Assembly: GCF_004010195.1 (NCBI RefSeq)
Contig: NC_057719.1
Span: 86,890,730-86,930,388, forward strand
Length of the DNA stretch: 39,659 nt
Direction: 5' to 3'
Source of the DNA: Chiloscyllium plagiosum
Taxonomy: Eukaryota
Part shown: piece by piece, positions 1 to 11,815 of the stretch
Position numbering within the stretch: position 1 is the first letter of the stretch
Layout of the letters: every line of letters begins with the position of its first letter
The notes under the pieces: generated by a model
What the model was told of the DNA's origin: nothing
The model's input: the letters and a program-made list of their open reading frames with translations, nothing else
Database searches by the model: none
Position numbers and translations under genes: made by a program

Positions 1-405
1 TCCATCCTTCTTGTACAGGTCACTTCTACCACAAAACAGCTTCCAATGATCCAAAACTGTGATCCTTCTCCCATACACCAGCTCCTCAGCCTTGCATTCA
101 TCTGCTCTATCCTCCTATTCCAGCCCTCATTAGCTTGTAGCACCGGGAGTAATCCAGATATTACTTACTCTTGAGGACCTCCTTTTTAAATTTCTGTAAT
201 GTCCCTTCAGAGTCTCAATCTTTTCCTTTCCTGTGTCATTGGTTCCAATGTGTACAATAACCTTCTGCTGGCCCCTCTCCCCCTTGAGAACCTTCCTGGC
301 ACCAGGGAAGCAATGCACCATTTTGATTTTTCGCTGCTGGCCACAGAAACATCTGTCTATACCTCGGACTAGAGAGTCCCCAAAGACAATCGATCCCTTG
401 GAACT
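1..405 (-). mobile_element. CR1 LINE ORF1 fragment (SGNH/esterase-like)
   Basis: ORF 130..321 reads CFPGAR...KGE..Q.KVIVHIGTND, the typical CR1 ORF1 esterase motif; degraded. Confidence 0.8.
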
Positions 406-412
406 GTTTTTT

Positions 413-701
413 TTAGATTACTTACAGTGTGGAAACAGGCCCTTCGGCCCAACAAGTCCACACCGACCCGCCGAAGCGTAACCCACCCAGACCCATTCTC
501 CTACATTTACCCCTTCACCCAACACTACGGGCAATTTAGCATGGTCAATTCACCTAACCTGCACGTTTTTGGATTGTGGGAGGAAACCGGAGTACCCGGA
601 GCAGACACGGGGAGAATGTGCAAACTCCACACAGAGTCGCCTGAGGCGGGAATTGAACCCTGTGAGGCAGCAGTGCTAACCACTGTGCCACAGTGCCGCC
701 C
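413..701 (-). mobile_element. HE1-type tRNA-derived V-SINE
   Basis: Minus strand begins GGGCGGCAC..TGGCACAGTGGTTAGCACTGCTGCCTCACAG (A box) and GGTTCAATTCC (B box), then central TGTGTGGAGTTTGCACATTCTCCCCGTGTCTGC and a LINE-like tail ending TAAGTAATCTAA. Confidence 0.9.
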
Positions 702-858
702 TCTAACTTGATATACCTCTCATTCCATTAGAGCACTCATTACACTAGGAAGGGAATAGAGGAATACAAATCCTGTAAGTGAAGACAGTTTTAATATGGA
801 AGGGCAAAACGTGGCACCACAGGCTTGGAGGGCCAAACAGCCTGTTCCTGTGCTTCAG

Positions 859-933
859 GTTAGATTAGATTAGATTAGATTACTTACAGTGTGGAAACAG
901 GCCCTTCGGCCCAACAAGTCCACACCGACCTGC
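859..933 (-). mobile_element. HE1-type SINE 3' fragment with (TTAGA)n tail
   Basis: Near-identical to 413-470, preceded by TTAGA repeats. Confidence 0.85.
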
Positions 934-947
934 CTATACTGTTCTTT

Positions 948-1168
948 AGGAGAAAGTGAGGACTGCAGCTGCTGGAGATTAGAGTCGAGAATATGGTGCT
1001 GGAAAAGCACAGCAGGTCAGGCAGCATCCGACGAACAGGAGAATTGACGTTTCAGGCATAAGCCCTTCATCAGGAATGAATGATGAAGGGCTTATGCCCG
1101 AAACGTCGAATTTCATGCTCCTTGGATGCTGCCTGATCTGCTGTGCTTTTCCAGCACCACACTCTCCA
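948..1168. mobile_element. Palindromic Penelope-derived non-autonomous element with hammerhead-like cores on both strands
   Basis: Inverted arms centred near 1075; flanked by CTATACTGTTCTTT (934-947) and CTATATTGTTCTTT (1169-1182). Confidence 0.75.
1041..1078 (-). ncRNA. Minimal type I hammerhead ribozyme motif
   Basis: Minus strand reads AUUC-CUGAUGA-A-GGGC(UUAU)GCCU-GAAA-CG-UC-AAUUC. Confidence 0.6.
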
Positions 1169-1949
1169 CTATATTGTTCTTTGTTCTTCTTTGTTAGCCA
1201 GTCTGATGGCAAAATTAAAATGACCCAATGAGCTTATGTGTATTGATGGTGAAGGTCTAAGTAGTCTTATTACAGCAAGTAATGCTAACTGTTTGCAACT
1301 GTCTCGGCCAAAACGCCTGAGAATTGGACCGTCTGATGGGATGTGTGTGGAATCAAGATCACCCATTTATTAGTAGGCACCTAGTAAGTGGATAGGAATG
1401 TTGCAGCTTTTCAGAGTGCTGTATAATTCGATAGGTGAATTTTCAGAAGCTATTCTAACAGAAGGCTGTTACACATAATGATTCATCCATGGAAACTTTC
1501 ACTGAAATGTAGTAAATATATCAATACTTAATTGACAAGCAATTTTGTACAGGGAAGAGGAAGAAACAAAACTTGACACCGATTTACTGTCACCAGGAAT
1601 GGCAAAAGCTGTTCTGCCATTCCCTCAGACCATGAACTGTTCATTCACTCCATTTATCCATCTTGATTCATATGCCTACACACTTGCTGAGCATTAAATC
1701 CATCAGTCAATCTCAAAGATGTAAATTGCTCTCGTATTAACAGCTTTTTGGGTGGAGAGTTCCACATTTCCACTTAACTTCACAGGAAACTATTCTGACT
1801 GATCACACCAAAATAGTACTCAGTTTAAGGTTATGGCTCCTTATTCATGATTCATCCATGAGAGGAAATAGCTTATCTGTGTTGACCCTCTCAAATCCCT
1901 TTGCTTCACTATTTTAAAGACTTAATAGTTTAGTCCCCTAAGTTATGTA

Positions 1950-3155
1950 CATGGAACATTACAGTGCAGTACAGGCCCTTCAGCCCTTAAAGTTGCGCCA
2001 ACTTGTAGAACAAATCTGAGGCCTTCCTATCCTACACTATTCCATTTTCAACCATATGACCATTTAAATGGCCTTAAAGTAACTGTTGCAGGCAGTGCAT
2101 TCCACGTCCCTCCTACTCTGAGTAAAGAAACCACCTCTGACATCTGTCCTGTATCTATCACCCCTCAATTTAAAGCTATGTTCCCTCATGCTACCCATCA
2201 CCATCTGAGGAAAAAGGCTCTCACTGTCAACCCTATCTAACTCTCTGATTATCTTATATGTCTCAATTAAGTCAACCTTTCAACCTTCTCTCTAATGAAA
2301 ACAGCCTCAAGTCCCTCAGCCTTTTCTCATAACACCTCCCCTCCATACTAGGCAACATCAGAGTAAATCCCCTCTGCATCCTTTCCAAAGCTTCCACATC
2401 CTTCCTATAATGCAGTGACCACACCTGTCCGCAATGCTCCAAGTGCAGCTGCACCAGAGTTTTGTACAGCTGCAGCATGACCTCGTGACTCTACCAATGA
2501 AAGCGAATACACTGTACGCCTTCTTAACAATCCTATCAACCTGGGTGGCAACTTTCAGGAATCTCTCTGCTTATCTACACTACCAAGAATCTTACCATTA
2601 ACCCAGTACTCTGCATTCCTGTTGCTCCTTCCAAAATGAATGACCTCACACTTTTCTGCATTAAACTCTATTTGTCACCTCTCAGCCCAGCTCTGCAGCT
2701 TATCTATGTCCCTCTGTAACCTGCAACATCAATCGGCACTATCCACAACTCCACCAACATTAGTGTCATCCACAAATTTACTAACCCATTCTTCTACGCC
2801 CTCAAATGACAAACAGCAGTGGCCCCAAAACAGATCCCTATGGTACACCAGTAGTAACTGAACTCCAGGATGAACATATCTTATCAACCACCACCCTCTG
2901 TCTTCTTTCAGCTAGCCAATTTCTGGTCCAAACCATTAAATCACCCTCAATCCCATCCCTCCTGTATTTTGTGCATTAGTTTACGGTGGGGAACCTTATC
3001 AAACGCCTTACTGAAATCCATATACACCCATCAATGGCTTTATCCTCATCCACCTGTTTGGTCACCATCTCAAAGATTTCAATAAGGATTGTGAGGTACA
3101 ACCTACCTTTCACAAAACTGTATTGACTATCCCTAATCAAATTATTCCTCTCCAG
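1950..3155 (-). mobile_element. CR1 LINE 3' part (RT C-terminus and 3' UTR)
   Basis: ORF 2272..2478 MLQLYKTLVQLHLEHCGQVWSLHYRKDVEALERMQRGFT; reverse-complement FSKAFDKVPH-type and KFVDDT-type motifs near 2760-3020. Confidence 0.9.
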
Positions 3156-3254
3156 AGAAATAAATATTCAAAAGGATAAAAGGCATCTTTTCTCAATTTA
3201 ATTCTTTACACCCTGCAGAATTCTTGAGAATCTACACTGTACCCCCTCCATAAA

Positions 3255-4075
3255 GTCATAAAGATCTACACAGAAAAAGGCCCTTCAGCCCATTGAGTCT
3301 GTGCTGGTCAAAAACAATTTCTTAACTATTCTAATTAGCACTTCGCCCACAGTCTTGTATGCTTTAGCATCGTAGGGGCACATTTAAATATTACTTAAAT
3401 GGTATAAAGGTTTTGCTTCTAAGAGCTTCAGAGGCAGTGAGATTCCCACTACCCTCTAGCTGAAAATGTTGTTACTCACATCCCCCATAAATCTCCTGCC
3501 CCTTGTCTGAAATCTATGCCCTCTGGACATTGATCCCTCCACTAAGGAGAAAAAAGATTTCCTGTTTGTCCTGTCTATGCCCCTCAATTTTATAAGTCTC
3601 AATCAAGTCCCCTCCCAATCTCCTCTGCTGTAAGAAAAGCAACATAGTCTGTTCAGTCTCTTTTCATAACAGTAACTTTCCAGTCCAGAGAACATCCTGG
3701 TAAATCAAGAAGGAGAAAGTGAGGACTGCAGATGCTGGAGATCAGCTGAGGAGCTGGAGAATCAACATTTTGGGCATGAGCCCCTCCCATTTATTTCTCT
3801 ACCCACTTGGCTCACAAGCCTCATTCCTGATGAAGGCTTATGCCCAAAACATCAATTCTCCTGCTCCTCAGATGCTGCCTGACCTGCTGTTCTTTTCCAG
3901 CACCACACTCTTGACCAACATCCTGGTAAATCTCCAGTGACATCACATGCCTCTCACAATGTGAACACTGCACACATATTCGAACTGTGACTCTAGCTAG
4001 ATATTTTATACAGTTTCAGCATAACCTCCCTACTCTAAACTATATGCTGCACTAATAAATGCAAGCAACCCATAT
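3255..4075 (-). mobile_element. CR1 LINE 3' fragment (hosts insertion 3707-3916)
   Basis: CR1 3'-end signature aggcccttcagccc and decayed RT C-terminal sequence on both sides of the insertion. Confidence 0.75.
3707..3916. mobile_element. Penelope-derived short element with decayed hammerhead motif
   Basis: GGAGAAAGTGAGGACTGCAGATGCTGGAGA end and ATTCCTGATGAAGGCTTATGCCCAAAACATC; perfect 16-bp TSD AACATCCTGGTAAATC at 3691-3706 and 3917-3932. Confidence 0.8.
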
Positions 4076-4605
4076 AGATTCATAGAGATATACAGTATGG
4101 AAAGAGATTCTTCGGTCCAACATGCTGACCAGATATCCTAAATGAATCTTCCCATTTGCCAGCATTTGGCCCATATCCCTCTAAACCCTTATTGTTCATA
4201 TATCCATCCAGATGCCTTTTAAATGTTGTAATTGTTCAAGCCTCAACCACTTTCCCTGGCAGCTCATTCTATACACACACCACCCTCTGCATGAAAAAGT
4301 TGCCCCTTAGGTCCCTTTTAAATCTTTCCCTTCTCACATTAAACCTATGGACTGCCCCACCTTGAGGAAAATATTTTGTTTATTTACCCTATCTATGCCC
4401 CTCATGATTATATAAACCTCTACAAGGTCACCCCTCAGCCTCCAACACTCCAGGGAGAAAAGCCCTAGGCTGACCGAACGATCTGTTTCCATGCTGCACA
4501 TCTCTAGGACTCTCCCTATATCTCAAACTCTCTAACCCTGGCAACAACCTTAAAAATCTTTTCTGAACCCTTTTAAGTTTCACAACATCCTTGCTATAGC
4601 AGGGT
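4076..4605 (-). mobile_element. CR1/HER1 LINE 3' end
   Basis: Similar to 20770-21120 and 39464-39659 (ggcccatatccctctaaacc...ccatccagatgccttttaaatg). Confidence 0.85.
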
Positions 4606-4680
4606 CACTCCCACTTTTCTAAACTCCAGGGAATATACAGGTCCAGCCTGTCCAATCATTCCTGATAAGAGAACCCTCCC

Positions 4681-4754
4681 ATTTCTGATAAAGGGCCTAT
4701 GCCCGAAACACTGATTCTCCTGCTCCTCAGATGCTGCCTGACCTGCTGTGCTTT
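4681..4754 (+). mobile_element. Penelope-derived fragment with mutated hammerhead core
   Basis: CTGATAA-A-GGGC(CTAT)GCCC-GAAAC followed by the family arm CTCCTGCTCCTCAGATGCTGCCTGACCTGCTGTGCTTT. Confidence 0.7.
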
Positions 4755-6776
4755 GGAAGAAAAATGGCCGTTATTACAACAGTGATACAATATAAAAGTA
4801 GGAAAGCCTGGCTGCAATTTTATGGGCATATTGCGGGCTGGGGGGGGGGTTGATGATGATGGACAACAGTTGCAGCAAGGGAGATAAATCTAAGATACAG
4901 TGAGGTAGATGGACGACTTTCAGGAAAGGAAGTCAAGGGAGGCAGATAGTGCAGGAGTCTCCACTGGAGAAAAGTTTATGAGTCACCATTTATGGTGTCA
5001 TCTGAGGTAACAAGCAACAAAATAGAGAAAACAAACTTAAAAAGTTAAACATTACAATCCTCCTTACTGAAAAATAGAAAAATGAAGAAACAGTTACACA
5101 GTCCATAATCACCCAGCTATGCTAGACTCACATTCATGACAAGGGCTCAACCTCTTCCACTCTGGGCTCCACATCGCTTCTGCCCCAGACTATCTGCTGT
5201 AGCTGCCTTGCAACCTGCTCCCACCACTGGCCACCCCAGGCTGCCTGCTCCCGCTCTTGCCATAATATCAGAAAATTTGGCTATAATGTCATTAATATGG
5301 ATCATAAATAGCTTAGGCCACAACACTGATCCCAATGGCTCACCTCCATAGTTTACTTATTAGCAGGTTGGCAGATGGTAATGATCTATTTATCTCTCTA
5401 TGTCCTGTTTGCTGACCAATCCTCTGCCTTGGCTCAATATAAATAGGACTAGATTAATTTAGGATATCTGGTCGACATGGACGAGTTGGACTGAAGGGTC
5501 TGCTTTATAAATCCATAAAATTATGCCTCATACCATGAGCTGTTATGTTTAATGTGGCACTTCATCAAATGTCTTTTGCCCACTCAATCAATCTATGACC
5601 TTTGCCTCCCAATTTAGTGTCATCTGCTAGTTTGAATATACAACCGTATTTCTTTGTAAATGAAGAAAAGCTACAGACCAATTACTAGGTTCCTGGGGCA
5701 ATTTAATACACTGATGTTTCCCCACTTAGATTTGTTGATTACAATAAAGTATAGCAAGTTCTGCATTACATTGTGTTGCCACCACTTCAAAAATGTTCAC
5801 TGGTGAATCTGCCACTTTATTTCTCGATTCTAGAAGCTCCTGAAACACCCATTATTTGATTTTGTTTTCATCCACCAACCTGATAGGAGCCCATTTCTGC
5901 ATAGCCAAGGTCATACAAACAATATTTGAATATTTAAAAAAAAACTATTTTTGGTGCATAATGGTTGAAGGATAAAGATCTGGTTGCAACCTAATTTGGA
6001 GCTACATGTGCATAGGCTGTAGGACCTTTTGAAAAGACAGGCAATATCAAAATACATAGAGGATGCAATTATTGAAATGGATGGAAGGGATTTCAATAAG
6101 GGTGATGGAACTGTGGAAGCTCAATGGCATATTAATGAATATAGCACTTCCATAAAAATTTATCATGGTCACCTAGGAATACAAACCAATTTTACTGCTT
6201 CAACTGAGATGAACTAAGCTGAGCACATGGCAGAAATCAAACTTGGGAACTTCCTGGTTTGTATTCGAGGTAGTTATTTTCCACTTTTTGATTTAATACT
6301 ATGCATGATACAAAATTGTGGTCTTCCTCAGTGCCTCGAGTGCAACACAGGGATAAACTGACAAAGTAGCTTTACATTCTTGTCTCTATTATGTTGTACC
6401 TTGATTTATCTTACTCCTCATACAGTGGATCACTTGGAGTATTCCGTATATTTTTATGGCTAGCGATGACAAAGCTCATCAGTGTTAGGCATTTTACAGA
6501 TTTAAGGTTGTGTGGAAAATCACATGCCCCAAACAAAGACACCATAAGGTTTTACTATGATACATGTGCCAATCTTGTGCTGATGGAGAAATGGTATAAG
6601 GGATACAGTTATGAAGATTCCAAACCTGTGACCTCTATCACCTAGAAAGACAAGGGCAGCAGGTACATGGGACACCACCCCTAACAGCACTGTGGCTGTA
6701 CCTATTCCAAATGCACCTCAGGGGTTCATGGTGACAGCTCATCACTATATTCTCAAAGGTGGTTGGGAATGTACAG

Positions 6777-7497
6777 TGTTATCTGGTTCCTCTTTAAACA
6801 AGCTACAGACATCTCTGACCAGATGTTATGAATGAATTTGCCCAGGTGTCCCTGAATACCAAAGTGGTCAAATCAATACAAACAAGCAGGTACAAAGCAA
6901 AACAGTCCCAACTTCATTAAGAACAAAGTTACAATAACCTTTAATACTAAACATACTACCTCTAATCCTATTTGGCCCTTTAAGATTACAATACTTTTGA
7001 GTCTCTAACAGATTTACAGTCATTCTCTCTGGCTCAGCAAAGCTTTATTCCTCTCTCTCTGGATGGTCAACTAGTCTCTGCCTCTTGCCATGCTGTTTTC
7101 CTCAGGACTCAGATGAATCCAAGAGACAGATCTGCAGGTGAATCTGGTTTTTATACCCGAGAGATGGTTTTCTGGAAGTTTCTATAGTACTGGCCAATCA
7201 GGGAGATACACTTAATAATTTGAAACAGTCAATCATTTGGATGGCATGCTGGTGTTATTTTCTTTGTACAGCAGGACCTGGTACCTTTGTCTGGGCCCTT
7301 CTTTGTTTCATGGATACATTGTTGGGGATGTGTCTGACCAGAATAACTGTCGCTTTTTACATTATACTAATATTATTATCACTCAACTGCTGTGTTTGAA
7401 CGGTGTCTGGTGTGTGGGTTTTGTGATTTCAGAGTTTTACTTGGCCAATGCATCCATCACTTGCTGTTTGGCAAAGTTAGCAATCAGTGTTTTAACA
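6777..7497 (-). mobile_element. Candidate solo LTR
   Basis: TGTTA...TAACA inverted termini; minus-strand TATAAAA (7149-7155) followed by AATAAA (7044-7049); CCAAT at 7194-7198; interrupts a LINE 3' tail (about 6630-6775 and 7510-7567). No clean TSD. Confidence 0.4.
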
Positions 7498-7579
7498 ATC
7501 AGGAGGCTATTACAAATGAATGCTGGCCTAGCTTGCAACACACATCTGAGAATTAGTTTAAAAAAAGGAAGTGCCTAGT

Positions 7580-7970
7580 CAAGAATCTGCACACAGGTGA
7601 TAGACGCATGAAGGCTGTTGGGCAGCAGTGTTGGGAGGGGTGTCATTGGGCAGCAGCATTGGTGACTGAGCAAATTCTTTTCTGATACCGTCTGCTCACC
7701 TCAAGAGGCTTGTCAAAGTACCCTAAAAATAGGTTCATTGACTTTCTTCAGGCGGGTGATTCATTTCCTGCAAGATCACTACATTTCTGTTTACAGAAAA
7801 AACAAATCTTTGAGACTTGGAATGCTGGAACATTTGTGGATAATCTCAAGAGTGAAAGTCTGGAAATGAGAACTGCAATCGTAACACTTGAGCTGTCAAA
7901 GCCAATGACCACCCTCTGAGATCCACCTTCCCAGGTAAAAGCAGCTGAAGGAACAAACGGGGAATACAGT
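7580..7970 (+). mobile_element. RTE-clade LINE 5' fragment (endonuclease N-terminus)
   Basis: ORF 7710..7919 TWNAGTFVDNLKSESLEMRTAIVTLELS resembles the RTE TWNVRTLMDN..PERRTA..ARELS motif; related to 22838-23000. Confidence 0.65.
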
Positions 7971-8514
7971 AGTAGTAACACGTGCTAAGTGTTGATTTTG
8001 CTATTTAGAATAGGAACTTGGATGCACTGCCTGAGCTCAATTGTATTGAAAACTTGTGACTTTTCCCCTTCAAATCAAGCATAAGTAATATGCCACCACA
8101 ATTACCACTCAAGTACTTTGTCAGAGCCAGGACACAAGGAAAGGTTACAGCATGACTGTAGGTCCTGGTGATCCCAAAAGGAAAGACCCTTGAGTAATGG
8201 TACAGTGTTAAATATCTTTGTGGCACCTCTCCTGCCTTGAGGGGGGATTTGGAAATATCAGGGCGCCTGCAATTTCCTGTTGCTTCCCACAGCAGCTAAG
8301 CATACATCTTATCTGGTTGTGGGGATTTATTCAATTTTAATCCCACCAAAACCATTAATGCCACCTCCCTCTCAAGGCTAATCTGTCAAGTTTATCTCAA
8401 ACCTGATTTCTATACCTATATTGTATCTTTATTCAGTATCAAGAAGAACAAAGTAATCATTAAAAATCTTACATCTTCCAACTCCACACACATGACTACA
8501 CTGGTCCCTACTGA

Positions 8515-8626
8515 AGAGAAAGTGAGGACTGCAGATGCTGGAGATCAGAGTAGAGTGTGGTGCTGGAAAAGCACAGCAGGTCAGGCTGCATCCGAGGAGC
8601 AGGAGAATCAATGTTTTGGGCATAAG
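8515..8626 (-). mobile_element. Penelope-derived short element (single arm)
   Basis: Family arm sequence; flanked by CCCTACTGA at 8506-8514 and 8627-8635. Confidence 0.75.
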
Positions 8627-8993
8627 CCCTACTGAGTCCTACTCTTTTTTAAAGTTATTCTTTTGCCCCTAATGTTCTTATAAAATGCCTTTGGGTGGTC
8701 CTTTATTTTACTGGTCAGTGTTTTCCCTCCTAATTTATTTTTAAGTAATCATTGCACTTTCTGTAATTTTCCAGGCACCTACTGTTGAGCCTTCAGTATC
8801 TACTTTAAGGTTCCCTTATTCAATGCTGTACATCCCTCGACACCCAGGAGTCACTATTTATTTAGCCCTGATGTTCCTCCACCTTTACAGGAATATGTAG
8901 GTGTAGCATTATTTCCGTTTAAAATTATTCCTTTTATGTTGATAAAAGTTTTCCTACATGAAGCTACTCCTGGTCCACTTTGGCTAGATCCTG

Positions 8994-9154
8994 GAGAAAT
9001 TGAGCACTGCAGATGCTGGAGATCAGAGTCACAAAGTATGGTGCTGGAAAAGCACAGCCAGTCAGGCAGCACCAGAGGAGCAGGAAAGCTCAAAAATGTC
9101 GACTCACCTGCTGTTCGAAAGCTGCTTGACTGGCTGTGCTTTTCCAGTGACATA
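8994..9154. mobile_element. Penelope-derived palindromic element with inverted flanking duplication
   Basis: Family arms CTGGAAAAGCACAGCCAGTCA and TGACTGGCTGTGCTTTTCCAG; flanks 8977-8993 and 9155-9171 are perfect reverse complements. Confidence 0.75.
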
Positions 9155-9666
9155 CAGGATCTAGCCAAAGTCAAAAAGTATTAAAAACTGTTTCCCCACA
9201 ATTCAGAACTGTTATTTCTAGTCCAACCTTGTCCTTTTCCATGACCACTTGAAATCCTACAAAGTTATTGTTACTATCACTGAAATGCTCCCCACTTACA
9301 CTTCTACCATTTGCTCAGCTTCACTGTCTAAAATTAGGTCCAGCACCATGCTTTCTCTTCGAAGAGTTTATGTGCTGGCTTAAAAGCTCTTCATACACAT
9401 TTAAGCATTCTTTCCTCTCTAATACGTTTGCACTTCCTCTCTCCCAATTAATGCTGACCACCATCAACAAGGCACAAATCAAGAATGCAGTGGAATACTC
9501 TCCATTGTCTAGATGGGAGCAGTTCCAACTACACATGAGAAGTTCAATCAACAAAACCACATATTAGAAAGTGCCACAATTCAAATACAAATCAGCACCC
9601 ATGCATTTTATTGGGTAAAGTTCCCTCACATGATCCAACAACCAAATACATTTGTCCTAAGCCTCA

Positions 9667-9694
9667 TGGTTGGTTGGTTGATTGATTGATTGAT
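9667..9694. repeat. Compound (TGGT)n(TGAT)n microsatellite
   Basis: tggttggttggttgattgattgattgat seen directly. Confidence 0.8.
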
Positions 9695-10010
9695 TTCAGA
9701 ATAACAGCCCATTTGATTTACAATTTAAAAGGATTTACTATTTTAAAGTTATATTGACTTTCTACTGACGAGTGTAAAATTGAACTTTTTGTTTAAAGCA
9801 AAGGAGACGCTGTGGGGGTGAAAACCTGCAATTTTGAAATTCTGAAGAAAAAGGTTGGGAAAGTTTAAAAAAAAAAGTTCCAGCCAAATCACCACATCTG
9901 GTCACCTTAATCATGGATCCAGTGACTGTTAGGTTTCAGTTGATGAATGAAAGCCCAACTCGTATATGCTGAGTTGGAGATAGCTTGGTTATTAGAATTC
10001 AAGTTCTAAT

Positions 10011-10329
10011 GGGCTGCACAGTGGCACAGTGGTTAGCACTGCTGCCTCACAGTGCCAGAGACCTGGGTTCAGTTCCCACCTCAGGCGAATGACTGTGTGG
10101 AGTTTGTACATTCTCCCCATGTCTGTGTGGGTTTCCTCCAGGTGCTCTGGCTTCCTCTCTCAGTCCAAATATGTGCAGGTTAGGTGAATTGGCCATGCTA
10201 AATTGCCCGTAGTGTTAGGTGAAGGGGTAAATGTAGGGGAATGGGTCTGGGTGGGTTGCGCTTCGGCGGGCCAGTGTGGACTCGTTGGGCTGAAGGGCCT
10301 GTTTCCACACTAAGTAATCTAATCTAATC
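10011..10329 (+). mobile_element. Full-length HE1-type V-SINE
   Basis: tRNA head TGGCACAGTGGTTAGCAC...GGGTTCAGTTCC, central domain, (TAATC)n tail; imperfect TSD TCAAGTT(GA)CTAAT. Confidence 0.9.
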
Positions 10330-11147
10330 AAGTTGACTAATGCTTTGTTAAACAATTAAAAGCTTTCTAACGTGAGAACATTCAGGAGGTTGATAAGCAT
10401 TACTTCTTTAATAACTCCCAAGAATTTACCTTTTGGTCATAAGAAAGGAAATAATTTATTCAGGAAGAAAGTCAGACTTCGATACAGATTTATAGATCTG
10501 AATTAAGAAAAAGAAATCTTAATGACAAAACAGAAATGAACATTAAAAATTCAATATCCTGGAAGTATATGAAACAGTGAGAAATCTCATTTATTACACA
10601 ACTATTACTGGAAATATTTATTTTTTTCCAAACTAACCATTTGTTTGTTTCCCTTTACATTGGGGTCAGGATACAAATAATAAATTGGTAACCTGGATCC
10701 AGATATCAGCTACTCAGTTAGGATGGCAACAGAATGCACTTGCTGCTTTATTTCTCTCTTTCTGAAGGATGTACCTGGCTGGTCTAATTATGGGTACTAG
10801 CTGGGAGAATCTCAAATCCCATCACTTCATGAACAGCACAAAGGTATTCAAGCCATTCATGTACTACAAAACCACTACATCTGCAGCTTACTTGGATTTA
10901 ATGTGACAATATTGAAGGGCATTTCTAAAAAATGGGATAGAAATTAATTTGAAAGGTGCCAACTCAGAACAGGTGTTCACTTCGTCTACAGATCTTAAGA
11001 GTCAGACAGAAACAACAGCTTCGTCTGCGGGCTTCAGAACTGAATAATGGTCAATCACCTTCACAACAAAATCAACATTCAGCCTATGGGATCAATTAAT
11101 TGATTTCTGTACAAAGTTGGGCACTGGCAACAAGGTTTTTCTCAAAG

Positions 11148-11465
11148 TTAGAATACTGAAAGGCTGACACGTTCCAAAGGGGGGCAAAGGTCTTCGGTAC
11201 AATCGGGTCTTGGTTCAAGCAATGGAATCTCGTCATTCTGCATTTCTAAAACATTTTCCCTAGAGGGTTCGATGGATTCAAGCTCTGGAATGTCATCTGT
11301 GTTTATGATCCTTCCTTCTGCTTCAGAAGTTTTCTCAAATTGAGGGTGTGGTCTCACCAGAAGGCCATTTTCATCTATTTTGTAGCTTTTCATAGCATCC
11401 CCTCTTCTTAGTCTCTGAATGACAGCTAATTCCTTCAATTCATATGGAAGCTCCATTGAGTAATG
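11148..11465 (-). CDS. EXD1: EXD1 probable last coding exon: HYSMELPYELKEL...ERVSLSVF*
   Basis: Acceptor ctcttttgccag|CAT; 318 nt to TAA; MELP.EL..L..(Q)..RR..A...Y.I...GLL.R matches the start of the mammalian terminal exon. Confidence 0.88.
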   Translation of the reverse strand, partial: HYSMELPYELKELAVIQRLRRGDAMKSYKIDENGLLVRPHPQFEKTSEAEGRIINTDDIPELESIEPSRENVLEMQNDEIPLLEPRPDCTEDLCPPLERVSLSVF

Positions 11466-11815
11466 CTGGCAAAAGAGACAACATAAACATGAATAGTCAG
11501 GGAAATGCAAGGGAGTCATCCTCAACATGCTTACCAAATATTTATCCCCTGGCTAACATAAAAGAAAACAGATTATCTGCTTATCATCACTTTTCTACTT
11601 GTGGGAGCTTGCTGTGTTGTCAACTAGATGTAGCAGCATGCTGTTCCTAATGGTGAGCTTCATCTGATAGACAAATGAGAAATTACAATGCATTAATTCT
11701 GAATTCAACAAATTTGTTTTTAGGAAGAGAGCTTAAATTTTTGAAACTCATTTTTAAATAAACCAGATACCAAAGTTCTGAAAATGCAATTGCAAGTAAA
11801 CTATTAGGTTAATTA

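Larger units (their letters stand above)
8150..9270 (-). mobile_element. Degraded CR1 ORF2 segment hosting two short insertions
   Basis: Minus-strand remnants such as VLNCG...DLAKVD; frames broken. Confidence 0.55.

Noticed and set aside
948..1168. miRNA precursor or DNA-transposon MITE interpretation of the palindromes
   Set aside because: Multi-copy family with variable-length TSDs, asymmetric arms and a hammerhead motif fits Penelope-derived retro-insertions better.
10011..10085. tRNA gene (also at about 650-701 and 21191-21265)
   Set aside because: The A/B boxes are SINE heads continuing into SINE body and tail; there is no complete cloverleaf.
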